Of a DNA stretch of 64,000 bases, positions 1 to 28,505 are shown one piece after another. A program made the position numbers and the translations under genes. Each line of letters starts with the position of its first letter. Positions within the stretch are counted from its first letter, which is position 1. The notes under the pieces were generated by a model. That model searched no databases. It was not told where the DNA came from and worked only from the letters and a program-made list of their open reading frames with translations. The stretch comes from Hydrolagus affinis (Eukaryota), in contig JAAILG010000203.1 in assembly GCA_012026655.1 (NCBI GenBank), positions 1 through 64,000 of the forward strand, given 5' to 3'.

Positions 1-114
1 TGCCATTTTGAATGCTGTAACTTTCTTTCCAATTGCAATTAACGTTCAGTCCAGATAAGACATCGCAGGAGCATTGGGTTCCATAAGTAAATGTTTGGCA
101 TCTTTCCTCCTCAG

Positions 115-16802
<16,688 letters not shown>

Positions 16803-16896
16803 TCTTGAAACGGCTTCTTTCTTTTTCCTATGTTCTATTTAAATGTATTTCTATGGCGACCAGAGACCAGAGTGTGCTCTAAACAAGCAGCATGGG

Positions 16897-16950
16897 AAGG
16901 AGGGAGGGAGGGAGAGAGAGAGGGAGGGAGGAGAGGGGCGAGGGTGGGGG
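16897..16950. repeat. Purine-rich (GGGA)n/(GA)n microsatellite in the LRP4 3' UTR
   Basis: ggagggagggagggagagagagagggagggagg. Confidence 0.8.
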
Positions 16951-19900
16951 TCTCAGATTTTTTTTAAAAAAGAGAAAGAAAAACACAAAGACTTGCAACT
17001 CAACTGGGAACCGACTGGCACTACAGCCTGGTACAGACTCGTACCCTGGAGGACAACACTAAACAGCAGGCCTGAATAGAATGAGTGCAAGGGATCACAA
17101 CTCTCTTGCGAGTCTTTTTAAAATGCCAGATAACACAGTTTCCACTAATTATTTTCCTCCGTTCACACAATGTATCTCCGCGTCTGGTTAAAGGCAGAAT
17201 TGTGCAGGCGTTGTTCCATAGCAGGCAATTGACCTACTTTTATATGATAGAGGGTTCCTCTATTTTTAAAAAAAAATGGATGCAATTCTGTATGTGAAAC
17301 AGAGCTAACTTTTTTGGGGAGGGGGTGGGTTAGAAAGCTTTGTTTGCTGTGCCAGACCTCTTTATGTCTTGCCTTTGTGAGGGATAGTGTGAAAGCCCAG
17401 GTTGTCTCAGGTACGCCCTCTCTCTTAGAGGATAAAACATTGAAGGGACACGTTTAACCCTTTCATCCCCATTTTGACAAACGGATACATCATAGGTTGC
17501 TAGACACGACTGGAACCACTGTATTTTCTTAGTGCTTTTGTAAGGATAAAGGCATTAAAGGCAAACAGTTGTAGAGAATTAAAATGAGACCAGCTGTTTA
17601 TTCCCCTCTAAATATATGTTTAAGCGCTGATTTGCAATTAAAGATCTAATTTTGCACTTTGCTTAAATTGCTGCCGTCATTGTTTATTAACTATACTCGC
17701 TCATAAGCGACCAGATGCTAAACCATTTTGTAACAACTATGTACGTTTAGATGAACATGCGTTCATTATTGAGGCCGTGCAAACTACTTAAGTTGAATAT
17801 CTTATAAATACTGTATGTCACAAACCACCAAGGTTACAGATGACTGTGTTGGTGTAGGGCAGAATTTGACATTTTTTAAAATCACATTTGATAACGTGGT
17901 GATAGTTTTATGTTGCATATTAAATTTTAAGGCATAACAAATTCTGGTGCACGTGAATGGGCAGATAGTAGACCATGCTGCTGTAAGTGACGTGTTGGAG
18001 AGGTCACTATCTTAGCAGTATATTGAACTAGTGACTGTCACTGCAGGAAGTGTAATGGAAAAAGCAGAGAATTGTTTCTCTGGGGTTTTTTTAAAAAAAA
18101 GAAAGATGTAAATACATCGAACAAATGATTATTCATCGCAAAGAGCTATTTTCACTGTTGCATTGATGAATGATTTTTCTACTTACCACTACTGATGAAC
18201 TATATTTGTTGTACCATTTGTTGATTTTCTTATTGTTTGTGTTATCCCTAAATTTCCGCTAATACCACTTGCCATGTTTTAAACCAGCGATGACCAATCT
18301 TTTGGTCAGCCGCAAAACACTATTTTCTTGGTTTTATTTATGCCATAAATCAAGAAATATTCAGTCAACAAAACCCTCAATGATCAAACACGGATTTACC
18401 TAGACTGGTGTGAATGTTTGTGGGTGGGGGGGGGGTGTGAGGGTGTGGAGAGGGGGTGGCCTCTGAAGGAAAAGCTTGGGGATGTACTTTCAGTACAAAG
18501 TGCTACCGACATTTAAAACAAATCTCATTCTTTGTTAAACGTCATTCTGATGCTCAGAATATTGTCATACATATGCTGAGTAGATCTGACTTGTTCAACT
18601 GCTTCCCTCCGTCTGTTTCTGAGGATGTCTGCAAACTTCCATGACAAGCTGGCGAGTATGTAAGCACAATGCCTCTCATTTTATTTCAGGGTCAACATAG
18701 CCACCAAGTAGCTCCATTCTCTCAATCCCACTTCGCTCTCCCCCTCTCTCTTTAAAAGCAAACATGTTTCAGAGCCTAGCTTCTTCCATTTTGCTCTTTA
18801 TTCTGTTGTTGTTGTTGTTTTGAACCAATCTTTATCAAGATCAATTGATTCATTTGTCTGGAATTTGCATACACAATGTAATTGTTGCAGGCTGATGATA
18901 AACCAGGCTTACGTGGGATGTTGTTGCAGAGGGGTAACAGAAATAACTGATTTGGGAGTACAGTATTTGGGCTTCCTGCCAGCTTTACCAGTGCCAACCA
19001 GCCAGCAAATGGCCCAATTTCATTGGCCTAATTTGAGTCATTCTTGACCAAAATTATTATTTTTTCTTCTCGTTAACCCCCTTCCCTCTTCTTTCCCAAT
19101 TATTGTTGAAGCAATTCTTGCCAAAAAGCAATTGTGGTGGAAATAGTGCTGCGACTCAAGGGTATGTTGTTGCTGTATACACAGCTTGGCTTGTTTATTT
19201 GATGCATTTCTTTGGCTAAATGGTTTTTTGTTTTAACTTTTCTGAGTGTCAGGCACTTAAACTTCAAACTTTATGACAGTGTTGATACATCCAGATCACG
19301 AGTTTTTATTTTTTGTCTCTCAGTCCTTTGCACACGAAAAAAAATTTGGACTATTAATTGAATTACACTATCATTCTATGATGTGACTGATACAAGATTT
19401 TAAACGATGTAAATATATGTTAAAACTCCAGAATTGTAAAAGTTGTGTTGCACCTAAAAACAATTAGATTTTATTCGGTGATAGACAATGAAGAAGAAGT
19501 CAAAGGCTTGTTTATCGTAACCAATGACTAGAATGATAGTCTAATAATGAATATAATTATTTTCTGAGGTGAAACTACAGCAAGCCTTTTAACCCTTTGA
19601 GAACTATCGTGGCAGTTTACACCATATCAATACAAAGCCAGTTTCTTATGATGTTACGCTTTTAAAAGATTTCCATTTGTAATTATTTTGTGCTACATAT
19701 TACTTCCATCTTTATGCAAATATCTAATTTTATGCACGTAAATTTCCATAGCCTGTCAAATCATGCCAAGGTTCGTGTTGTCTGGTGTGCTAGGGATGTT
19801 GGGTACTCAATGGGTTAAAATACTCAGGTAGTAAACTAAACTAATTGTGGCAATAATTGATACACCAGTCATCATAAATATTGACAACATCTTAGGTTAT

Positions 19901-20969
19901 TAACCCATTAATTTGTATAAATATTTGGTTTCAAAGAGTAACACGTGGTCCATATTATCTAGCATTTTGACTTAAGCACAACATTATTTTTTTCGGAGAA
20001 AACTAGGTTGTTCCATTGCACTCACGGGAATACCTTGTAATCTATGTCAACATAGAAAATATTATAAAAGTATAAGTGATTTTGAATATTATGTTGCATC
20101 TAACATAACAGAAGGGAAAGCAGAATATGTAGACTGGAACATACATACTGCATTTGGACATTTGTCTTTTGCATTTGTCTTCCAATTGTGTCATAATAAT
20201 GTATTTTTTTTGAAAGGCTGCATAACTAATTTGGGTCTTTATAATTATCCCAAATTAAAATCTGTAATTAAGACAGTCTTGAAACTGCTAACTTTGTTCA
20301 GAGTAGAAAATGTTTACAGAACAACTGTTTAGTGTGACCTATATATCTATGTGTGTATATAAAAATGAATTGGTTATTAAAATTGGACGTTTTCTAAACT
20401 TTGGATTGGATTTGTATAGTATTTGATATCGTGGTCTCAACTGAAATGTATTTTTGTGTTTCTTCTTGGTCTTCATGTGGTTGCATCTTCCATTAAATCT
20501 ACCAAACCTGCATTCCAAGACTCAAATATTGTGGAAAAACTCAGAAATACAATTTTAGCTCTGTAGATACTTCAGCATAGAAGGAGGTCATTCAGCTTAA
20601 AGTGCCTTAACATGTAACTTCCCAATGTCAAAGACATTTTGTTTTTCTTTTTCTATACTCTATTGTATTTTTAATCTTCAAATGTTTCAAATCCTCTTTC
20701 ATTCTCAGAATTCACACCAGCTTCGTAGTTCTATGCTTCTCGTAATCATCTTGTCAATTCAGCAACTAATAGCAATAATCTGTCCCTCTCAAACCCATTC
20801 ATAAATTTGAACGCTTTTATTAAATCCCCCTCTTGATTGCCTCTGCTTCAGTAAGCAGTATTTTAAGCATTTTATAATAACTATATATCCTCTGAATCCT
20901 GACACCATTTTAGTGAATCCCATATCTCGAATCACCTTATTTATTATAATAAGATGATTATAATTATAT

Positions 20970-21141
20970 CTGATGATAATCCCTCAAGAAACAAAAACAA
21001 TAATAAATTGGTCACTTCAATCCACGACTGTTTGTGGGATACTGCTGAGCACAATTGGCCACCGCATTTTGCCCACAAATGTACAGTCCGTTCACTTTTC
21101 AGTATATTCCGTGAAACGCTTTGAGAAGTCTAGAAGACGTG
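20970..21141 (+). mobile_element. SINE fragment (body to tail), left arm of an inverted pair
   Basis: Homologous to the copy at 1308-1614. Confidence 0.85.
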
Positions 21142-21149
21142 AGCCAAAA

Positions 21150-21340
21150 AGCCAATTGCGCACAATAGTGTCCCACAAACAGTCGTGGATTGAAGTGACC
21201 AATTTATTATTGTTTTTTTGAGGGATTATTATCAGGTGTGTGGAGTAAAGGAAACTTGCCCAAGGTTTTACCCTGCCTGGATTTGAACCCAGGTCTCTCA
21301 CATGTAAGGCGAGCTCACTATCCACTGAGCTACAGGACTC
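21150..21340 (-). mobile_element. SINE fragment (tRNA head and body), right arm of an inverted pair
   Basis: Reverse complement begins gagtcctgtagctcagtgg, with B-box gttcaaatcc. Confidence 0.87.
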
Positions 21341-21974
21341 TCCTGTACTGGCAATTGGAGTATGATAAACTTTAAAATCTATGAAACTGATGGGAGTGGC
21401 ACTCAGATAACAATTTTGCCTAAGAAGGGCGGCTATTTTGAGAATGTTAATGTATCTTACAAAACCATTTTGAACAATGCCGCCCTGTTGTACTGAGAGA
21501 ACAATCGCGCATTCTGTAGGGTCAAACTGTGCCTTAGCAACAATTTGCAACTTTTACACCAAGAATTTTCTTTTGATAGGATCAACTTCTACGGTTTGTA
21601 GATGTATTTAGTATGCAGGAGCTTGGAATCACAAATATCAAAAGGACACAGTGATTTTATATTGTGGCACGCAATTCCCTAATTTACACAATAAAAGGAA
21701 ACTGCAACTTGTTGTATGAGAGGATTTGTCATAGCAACTGTTTAGAAAATAGAAGAAATGGAGCAGAAAGTGTAGATGAAGGCAAAATATTGAGAATGCT
21801 ACAATTAAAGTAGCATTTATGAAGTCTAAACATGCCAGTATATGAGAAAATTAAACTGACAAATGATCCAAGATATCAGAAAATTTACTACTGATCTTGA
21901 TTTAGAGAAAAAAGATCCTAGGAATTTGGGATTTTTAACAAACCTTGGGAAATACAGAATTCCTCTATTGGGTG

Positions 21975-22133
21975 CCCTTGCACTGCCTCCCCACTCTCTA
22001 TTAATCCTTAACAGACTCTCCCTCCCAACATGCCCCAGTTCTGACGAAGGGTCATGGACCCGAAACGTTGACTTTCCTTTCTCCATAGATGATGTCTGAC
22101 CTGCTGAGTGCTCCCAGTGATTTCTGTTTACTG
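21975..22133 (+). mobile_element. Penelope-like retroelement terminal fragment carrying a minimal hammerhead ribozyme motif (22037-22073)
   Basis: AGTT-CTGACGA-A-GGGTC-atg-GACCC-GAAA-CG-TT-GACT. A second copy lies on the minus strand at 28403-28505. The Penelope assignment is by motif resemblance only. Confidence 0.65.
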
Positions 22134-25054
22134 TTTTATAATTGAAATATCTGATTTGTCATTGATATCAAATGCAAGGATTCTTCTTATTATTATTGAT
22201 TTTAAATATTCTTTTCCTAATAGAAAATGATCAGATTGGACGAACATTTGAATAACTGTCCAAATGTTTTCTTTAAAACACTTATAAATAATTACGAGTA
22301 TGTAACCTCTGCAATCCCGTATGATAGAAATTTCTGTGTTTAATGTAAACCAATTATTTTGTGAATTATGTAGGATTTATAAAGCATATTCATTATGGTC
22401 AGGTCTTCCTTTAAATCTTGAAGCCTGTATTTCAATTGAAGCTGATGCATTGTGCCTCACAGTATAAGGCTCTGTTTTCAAAATGTTATTTGGCAGTGCA
22501 AACAACAGTGAATTGATAGTCGAGATCTAATTTGCATTTTTTTTCCAAACTCACTAATAGACCAACCACTGAAAAGGAAATCATCTTCTACAATGGAACC
22601 TCAAACATCAATGCCTGTGTAGAAAATATTTTCATATAATACATATATATATATAGATATATATTTAAATCTTAACTCATTTGCAGTAGGTGTGCTCCTT
22701 TGAGGGAACCAATTTAGGTCGACTTGTGTTCTGCCTTTTCCCCCACTCCACCTTTCCATCATATAACACATAAGAGATGTATAATAAACAGGAAATGCTA
22801 AGAAATAATTGATTTGCGACATGACCAAACATATTTGTATTCGGTCAGCCTATTAAGGTGTGTGCTAAAGATCCCACAGAATGATTTGAAAAGAGAATGG
22901 AGTTTCTCCTGGTATCCTGGGCAAACAGAACACTCGATTAATTTGTTTTCCATGCGTGGTGATTTATCTACCTTTGCTATTGCAAACAGCTGCTGCGTTT
23001 TGCCTATAGAAACTTGATTGTAAATATTTATGAAATGCATTGGACATTTCAAATTGATAAGGCACAACATACTTTACAGAATGTAATACATTGTAAAAAA
23101 AAATTTACAGAATGCATTACAAACAAAGAATCCTGCAATAAAATTTAAAAAGAATGCTGCTCGCCCTGACCACAGGATTAATTTCAGTTTAATGGATTTT
23201 ACAAACTGGCAATCACTTCAGTGCAAATACTCGCCTGCTTACAGCAAATCATTGAAGTTAGAATAGAAGGGTGAGGTTAATATAACAAATTAACCGCAAT
23301 CTACAGCACAACAAAGATCTAATCGCTGCTCCATAGTGTATTGAAATGCAGTTAGACTAAAAAATAAAAAGTTCATCATAACACAGGTTGGAACAATTGA
23401 GAGAGTTCATAAAATCATTATGTAAGCAATAGGCCAGAGTGTTTATGATGCAGTGTTGGATTATTACCTCTCTTGCTCTTACTTGACAAGTTTTTCTGAT
23501 TCTTGCCATTAAAAGGTATTGTACTCCTAATTCAACATAGAGGAAAAGGGGGCACACGATAATTGTTGTCTCACATCTGAGCCTTGATTTTGGTCAGATT
23601 TCTTCGGTAAAGAATGATTGTGCTCCATGCAATCAAATTTAATTTTGACTGGATTACATGCCCTCTAATTCAGTGTGCTAGAGGGGCTTCTTAAATGAAA
23701 AAAGCCAAAAGCCTATCAAATCGGCTAGGGATACCAGTTAGATTATTTTCTTCACGATAACCTCGCATACAAGTGGCACCATGATGTATCCAGTTTGATT
23801 TACATGTTAGTTACTACCAGTTACTAAACCACAGCAGGCTTGACAAACCTTCTGATAATTACATTTTGGCTGAGAGACAACTTCCAACATGCGTCTGCGA
23901 GTGCAACCAATCAACTTCACTCTGATACATAGAACAAGGTCTTAAATTAACCCGAATGACTATCTACATGCTATGTAACAGTCAAAGAACCACATTCAAT
24001 AAAACTTGTGATGATGGGAGCTAGAATGTGGTTTGTCTACACACATGGACCAGCACTCCACATTATTTCATGTTTATTATTAATTTTCAGATCATCAATC
24101 TTTATTATTGGTTTCTTTTACAGAACCTTCAGGTTTTGTCTGCCTTGTGATTCAGGTGGGCATTAAGAGATCACAACCATCCCCTTGCCCTATTGTCAAA
24201 GAAATGCAGTGTTTTTCTCTCAGATTCCCTGGTTTTTATTCCCTCATTCAAATTTCCTCTGCAAATTAATTGGCTACTTCCTTCCTGTTTGTCTGAAATT
24301 ATTGGCACAAATCATCTACTCCATTTGCCAATGTGTATAATAAGAACATTAAGCTCATTTCAAATAAATGTTATTGTTGTAAAGTGCTCCAAGATGTTTT
24401 ATTTTACAAGAAAGGCACAATAAAAATGTAATTAAAGTCATTTAACAAATGTGGCAAGATTATTCAGTTAGAGTTATACCTTGCACCTCAAATTATATTT
24501 TAAGCATGTAAATCTATTGCTTAGGAAATAGCAACCAGAATATTGTAAAGAAACCAGAAAATAGTATGTGGGTTTGCTTATCAAGTGCCAGAATGCCTTT
24601 TTACATTCCATATGATTTGGCAATTAAAACAATGATGTAATAGATAATTCTACTCACTTCACAAATGTCTGAAATGACAACTTCACTTTTAGCATTTCAG
24701 CAGATACAATGTAGGAGAATAATTATTCAGGATATATTTATTTACACCTACCTTTACATTTTGATTAAGGGCTGCATTTATATAGTTAAAAAGTGCACAG
24801 TAATAAAATGGTTACTTCTTTTCTGAAAGCTTTTCAGTGTGAGAAAAAGTGATGATTAATTAACTATATCCAATTTGTGGCTATTCAGATGCATGATTTA
24901 TATTACGTGTGTGAGAGATTGAACAATTTTTGCCTCAGTGTTATCTAAAAACAAATATCCGAAAATACACAGCCAGTACAGTTTAGCGAAGATCTAGTGA
25001 AGCGCTTTGAGACATGATAAAGGGCTATATCGAATGCAAGAATTATCATAATAC

Positions 25055-25272
25055 AATAGTAATAATAATCCATGCATTTGTTACAATACTTTCAGGTCTA
25101 CAGGACGTCTCAAAGCGCTTCACAGAATATACTGTAAAGTGAATTGACTATTATTCGTGGGTTAAACGCGGCAGCCAATTGCGCACAGCAGTGTCCCACA
25201 AACAGGCGTGGATTTAAATGACCAATATTTTAGGGATTATTATTATCGGGCGTGTGGAGGAGCAAGGAAATT
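25055..25272 (-). mobile_element. 5'-truncated SINE, left arm of the promoter-proximal inverted pair
   Basis: Reverse complement of the SINE body and tail. Confidence 0.87.
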
Positions 25273-25297
25273 TATGGAGACATTAAGTAAGGAGACA

Positions 25298-25580
25298 CTG
25301 AGATACCTGGGTTCGATTCCACGCAGGGCAGGGCGAAACCTTGGGCAAGTTTCCTTACTCCTCCACACGCCTCATAATAATAATCACCAAAAACCAATAA
25401 TAAATTGGTCATTTCAATCCATGACTGCTTGTGGGACGCTGCTGTGTGCGATTGGCTGCCACGTTTCGCGCACAAATAATACAGTCAATTCACTTTGTAG
25501 TCTATTCTGTGAAGCGCTTTGAGGCGTCTAGAAGACGTGAAAAGCGCGATGTCAAAGGCAAGGATTATCACGATTATTAT
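25298..25580 (+). mobile_element. Near-full SINE lacking the A-box, right arm of the inverted pair
   Basis: B-box ggttcgattcc, body and stem-loop tail. Confidence 0.88.
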
Positions 25581-25999
25581 CTAAAGTCTCCGGACACCAA
25601 GACAGCCCCAGCTTCACCCACAAACACTCAGCCATTGAGCCCCATGGTAACAAATCAACAAAGGGTTCAATGCAAAACACCCTGACAATGGTCAACAGGC
25701 CAACGTGCTACCCGCGCTGCACGTCCGCCGCCGTCTTTACGTCATAAAGGCCACGCCCCGCCACGTCGGCTGCCCCGCCCCGGGGTGGGGGAGGGGAGGG
25801 CGACGAGGGGTGGAGCTCCCGCGAGCTTCCGCGCCGTTGAAATTTAAATCGAACCAATCAGCCAGGCCGTGACTGTGGGTCGGAACTGGCCGTCGACCAA
25901 TCGAGTGAGGCGTGACTTTGCGAGGGAGAGTGGGGGGGGGGGGGGAAGCGGGGAGGAAAAGAAAGCTCGCGACAGGGGAAAAAAATTCAAATTCGCTGC

Positions 26000-26147
26000 C
26001 CGTTGCTAACGGTCCCGATCCGATAAACGGGCGGAAGAAGTCGGTTAAAAGAAGGAGCAGGAGGAGGGGAGCAACCCGGCCCAGGTCATATACATACACC
26101 GAGACCGGTGGTAACGACTGACGATTTAGCCGGGGGGAAAGGGGGAG
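26000..26147 (+). other. CKAP5: Putative non-coding first exon of CKAP5 (TSS approximate)
   Basis: Lies inside the CpG island and ends at the strong donor gag|gtgagc (gt 26148-26149). The next acceptor, gacag|, opens the ATG-containing exon at 31366. Confidence 0.55.
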
Positions 26148-26555
26148 GTGAGCTAAGAATAAACGGACAGAAAGATAAGACAGAGAGCGAAAGATGGGAG
26201 TTTTTTTGATTGTTAGTTGTGTAGATCAGAAAGGCCGAACGTTGAATTGGAAGGGAAATGCAATGCGCCCCCATCTTCATCTTCCACTACCTCCTCCCTC
26301 CCTTGCCCCCTTTTTTCTCTATCGTTGCCGATGTGCTTGACGGGGTGGTGGTCGGGGAGGGGGGGGGAGGAAATGGGGGCCCGTTTTACACAATGAAGCC
26401 TGAACTCCTCCTCCTCCTCCCTCAGGCCCAGGCTGGCTGTTGGCAGGCGAACGGACGCTTGAACCGCTGGCGTCGTGTTTTCTGTAGTTGTTGCGCAGTC
26501 ACGGTTTATTTTGATCTCTGCATATACAGACGCACACTTATTTTGTATAATATAC

Positions 26556-26600
26556 TGTGTGTGTGTATATATATATATATATATAGGGAGAGAGAGAGAT
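26556..26600. repeat. Compound (TG)n(TA)n(GA)n microsatellite
   Basis: Seen directly in the sequence. Confidence 0.85.
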
Positions 26601-27731
26601 ACTGTAATAAGTAGGCCGAGGCAGCTGCCTGTTTACAGTCTCAGGGGTGGTAAGGGAGGGGGGAGGAGATTTGTGAGACGGCTGCAGCCGGCGTTTTTTT
26701 TAATCTTCCCTCCCTCCCACTCTCTCCCTTTTCATCATGACGGTTCGGTGCTAAGGGTGGGTGGGGGTCGCCCGGATTGATTGTTCGCAGCTCACTGGAA
26801 AACGCGCAGGGGAAGCGTTCATAAAACGGGTGCGGGAGGATATAGTGGGGCTTGAATTCCCCTTGTCGTCGTCGTGGTTTCCCCCCGTCCCCCACCCGGG
26901 ACACTTGAGCGGTGTTATTTGTGTGTGTGTGTGTTGCAATTAATTCCTCCTCACGCACAGGTTTTAAATATCAGGTTCACTCCCCCTTCCCCGTTGTCTG
27001 GTAACGACACTCTATGTTTAATGTAAGTTTTTTTTTGGATGGGGTAAAAAAGCAAAACAAAAGGCCGAGCACTTTCTCTCACCCGGCCTGTGGGAGAGAG
27101 AAAGGTAGATGGGGCCCCTGTTACACACACACAACACCTAGGTTGTGGGTGGATGATGGCTTCTTGTTGTGCCACATCCTTTCTGCTTTTTAAATGACTG
27201 CAGGCCATGCGAGTACCTTCCCGGCTTGTGCTGTGTTAACTTGTGAAATCTATCCGCCAAATGAGCCCACAATAAGGGTAGTAATGTGCAACATTTGACT
27301 CTGTAGTGCTGAATCTGAATGGACGATAAACGTTCCATCAGTTAGCTGGCTACGTACATTTATTTCTATTTCCAGGTGATGGAGCTGTTATACAAGCCGT
27401 CAAAATAAAGATAGTGGATTTAAACTTGGTGGGCGGGACCACAATGACCCGCATTGGACTGACTTGTGTAAAGTGCAGCCATTTTCACCACCGAGGGCCC
27501 TTGATTATACAGTACTGTACTGTGAAATGTCAGTTTGGAATAGGTTAATTACTCGCTCTGAAAGCACAATGTGTAGTGAACAAATCCTGTAATCTCCCTC
27601 AATCTCATGATAGTTTATGATTTTTTTTTGGTGGGGGTGTGGAGGGGAGGTAATCAGCATCACCCGCAAGGTGGGATGGCTCCAAGGTGACAGACTTGCT
27701 TGGTAACACCATTCAGACAAGTCTGCAGTAT

Positions 27732-28165
27732 TGCTGATGACAGAACAAATAGTGTGGCTCATTGGCAGAATTTGGAGCAGCAGACCACTCAATGTGGGCA
27801 GGGATTCATCCGACTCAGCTCTTGTTAATCCTACAGAACAAAGCTGTAACTGTTGGGATGGTCCGAAATGGGAGAACAAAATGGGAGGCTTGCCAGACAG
27901 TGCATTCAATAGCAAGATGTGCGGTTTTAGCTGGTTGAACTCCCGGAGCACCCACATGGTGCTGAGTTTTTGTGCCTTGGATTTTGGGTTGGTTCTTGCC
28001 AACGTGTGCTATAACACCCAGGAATTGGGTGAACATTGTGCATTCCCTGAGGGAGAGTGAGTGCGCCTTCTATTCAATACTGAAAAATTTTCATAAGTGA
28101 GGGGCAAACTTATTGCGTTGGATACTTGGGTATGGTGATGGATTTCTGCATGTGTCTAGACACCT
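27732..28165. repeat. Unclassified ancient interspersed repeat, copy A
   Basis: Collinear similarity blocks with 39164-39528. Confidence 0.6.
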
Positions 28166-28402
28166 GGATGACCCCAGAAAATTAAATTGATAATCCAGGA
28201 ATTATTGCTTTCACTTGCCTCATTGCCCACTTGCATTTGTATCTCACCAAATGTAAAAACTGTTATTCACGCTTTTGTTGCCTCCTGCCAAAACGTCTCT
28301 AATGGACTACCTACCCTACCCATAAACTGGAGTAAATTCAAAATTCCCAAAGTCCACACAACCATGGCAGTCCTCACCTGCCTTCTAACTGATCAATTTC
28401 TG

Positions 28403-28505
28403 AAACAAAAACAGAAGTTGCTGGGGAAACTCAGCAGGTCAGGTAGCATCCATGGAGAAAGGAAAAAGAGACAACGTTTTGGGTCTACAACCCTTCGTCA
28501 GAACT
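28403..28505 (-). mobile_element. Second Penelope-like fragment, hammerhead core degenerate (GAAA changed to AAAA)
   Basis: Reverse complement reads agttctgacgaagggttgtagacccaaaacgttg, homologous to 22037-22133. Confidence 0.62.

Larger units (their letters stand above)
16803..23160 (+). other. LRP4: Putative long LRP4 3' UTR (end uncertain: ~20.4 kb or ~23.15 kb)
   Basis: No recognisable transposon between 16803 and ~20.5 kb. ATTAAA at ~20376 is followed by a GU-rich tract. AATAAA at 23137-23142 ends a second UTR-like AU-rich block. Several TGTANATA motifs are present. Confidence 0.45.
25690..26900 (+). promoter_or_regulatory. CKAP5: CpG-island promoter of CKAP5
   Basis: Abrupt GC/CpG enrichment. 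GC boxes (ccacgcccc, ccccgccc), CRE-like ttacgtca at ~25737, CCAAT at 25854-25858 and 25897-25901, CHR-like TTTAAA at 25843-25848 and TTCAAA at 25986-25991, MYB-like TAACGG at 26007-26012. Confidence 0.85.

Noticed and set aside
25737-26958. Multiple 60-120 aa ORFs on both strands in the CpG island
   Set aside because: Low-complexity products are expected from stop-poor GC-rich DNA, and there are no recognisable domains.
27505-28002. 165-aa minus-strand ORF (and the 170-aa ORF at 38845-39357)
   Set aside because: They overlap the unclassified repeat or are antisense to a CKAP5 exon, the two repeat copies do not share a peptide, and there is no domain signal.
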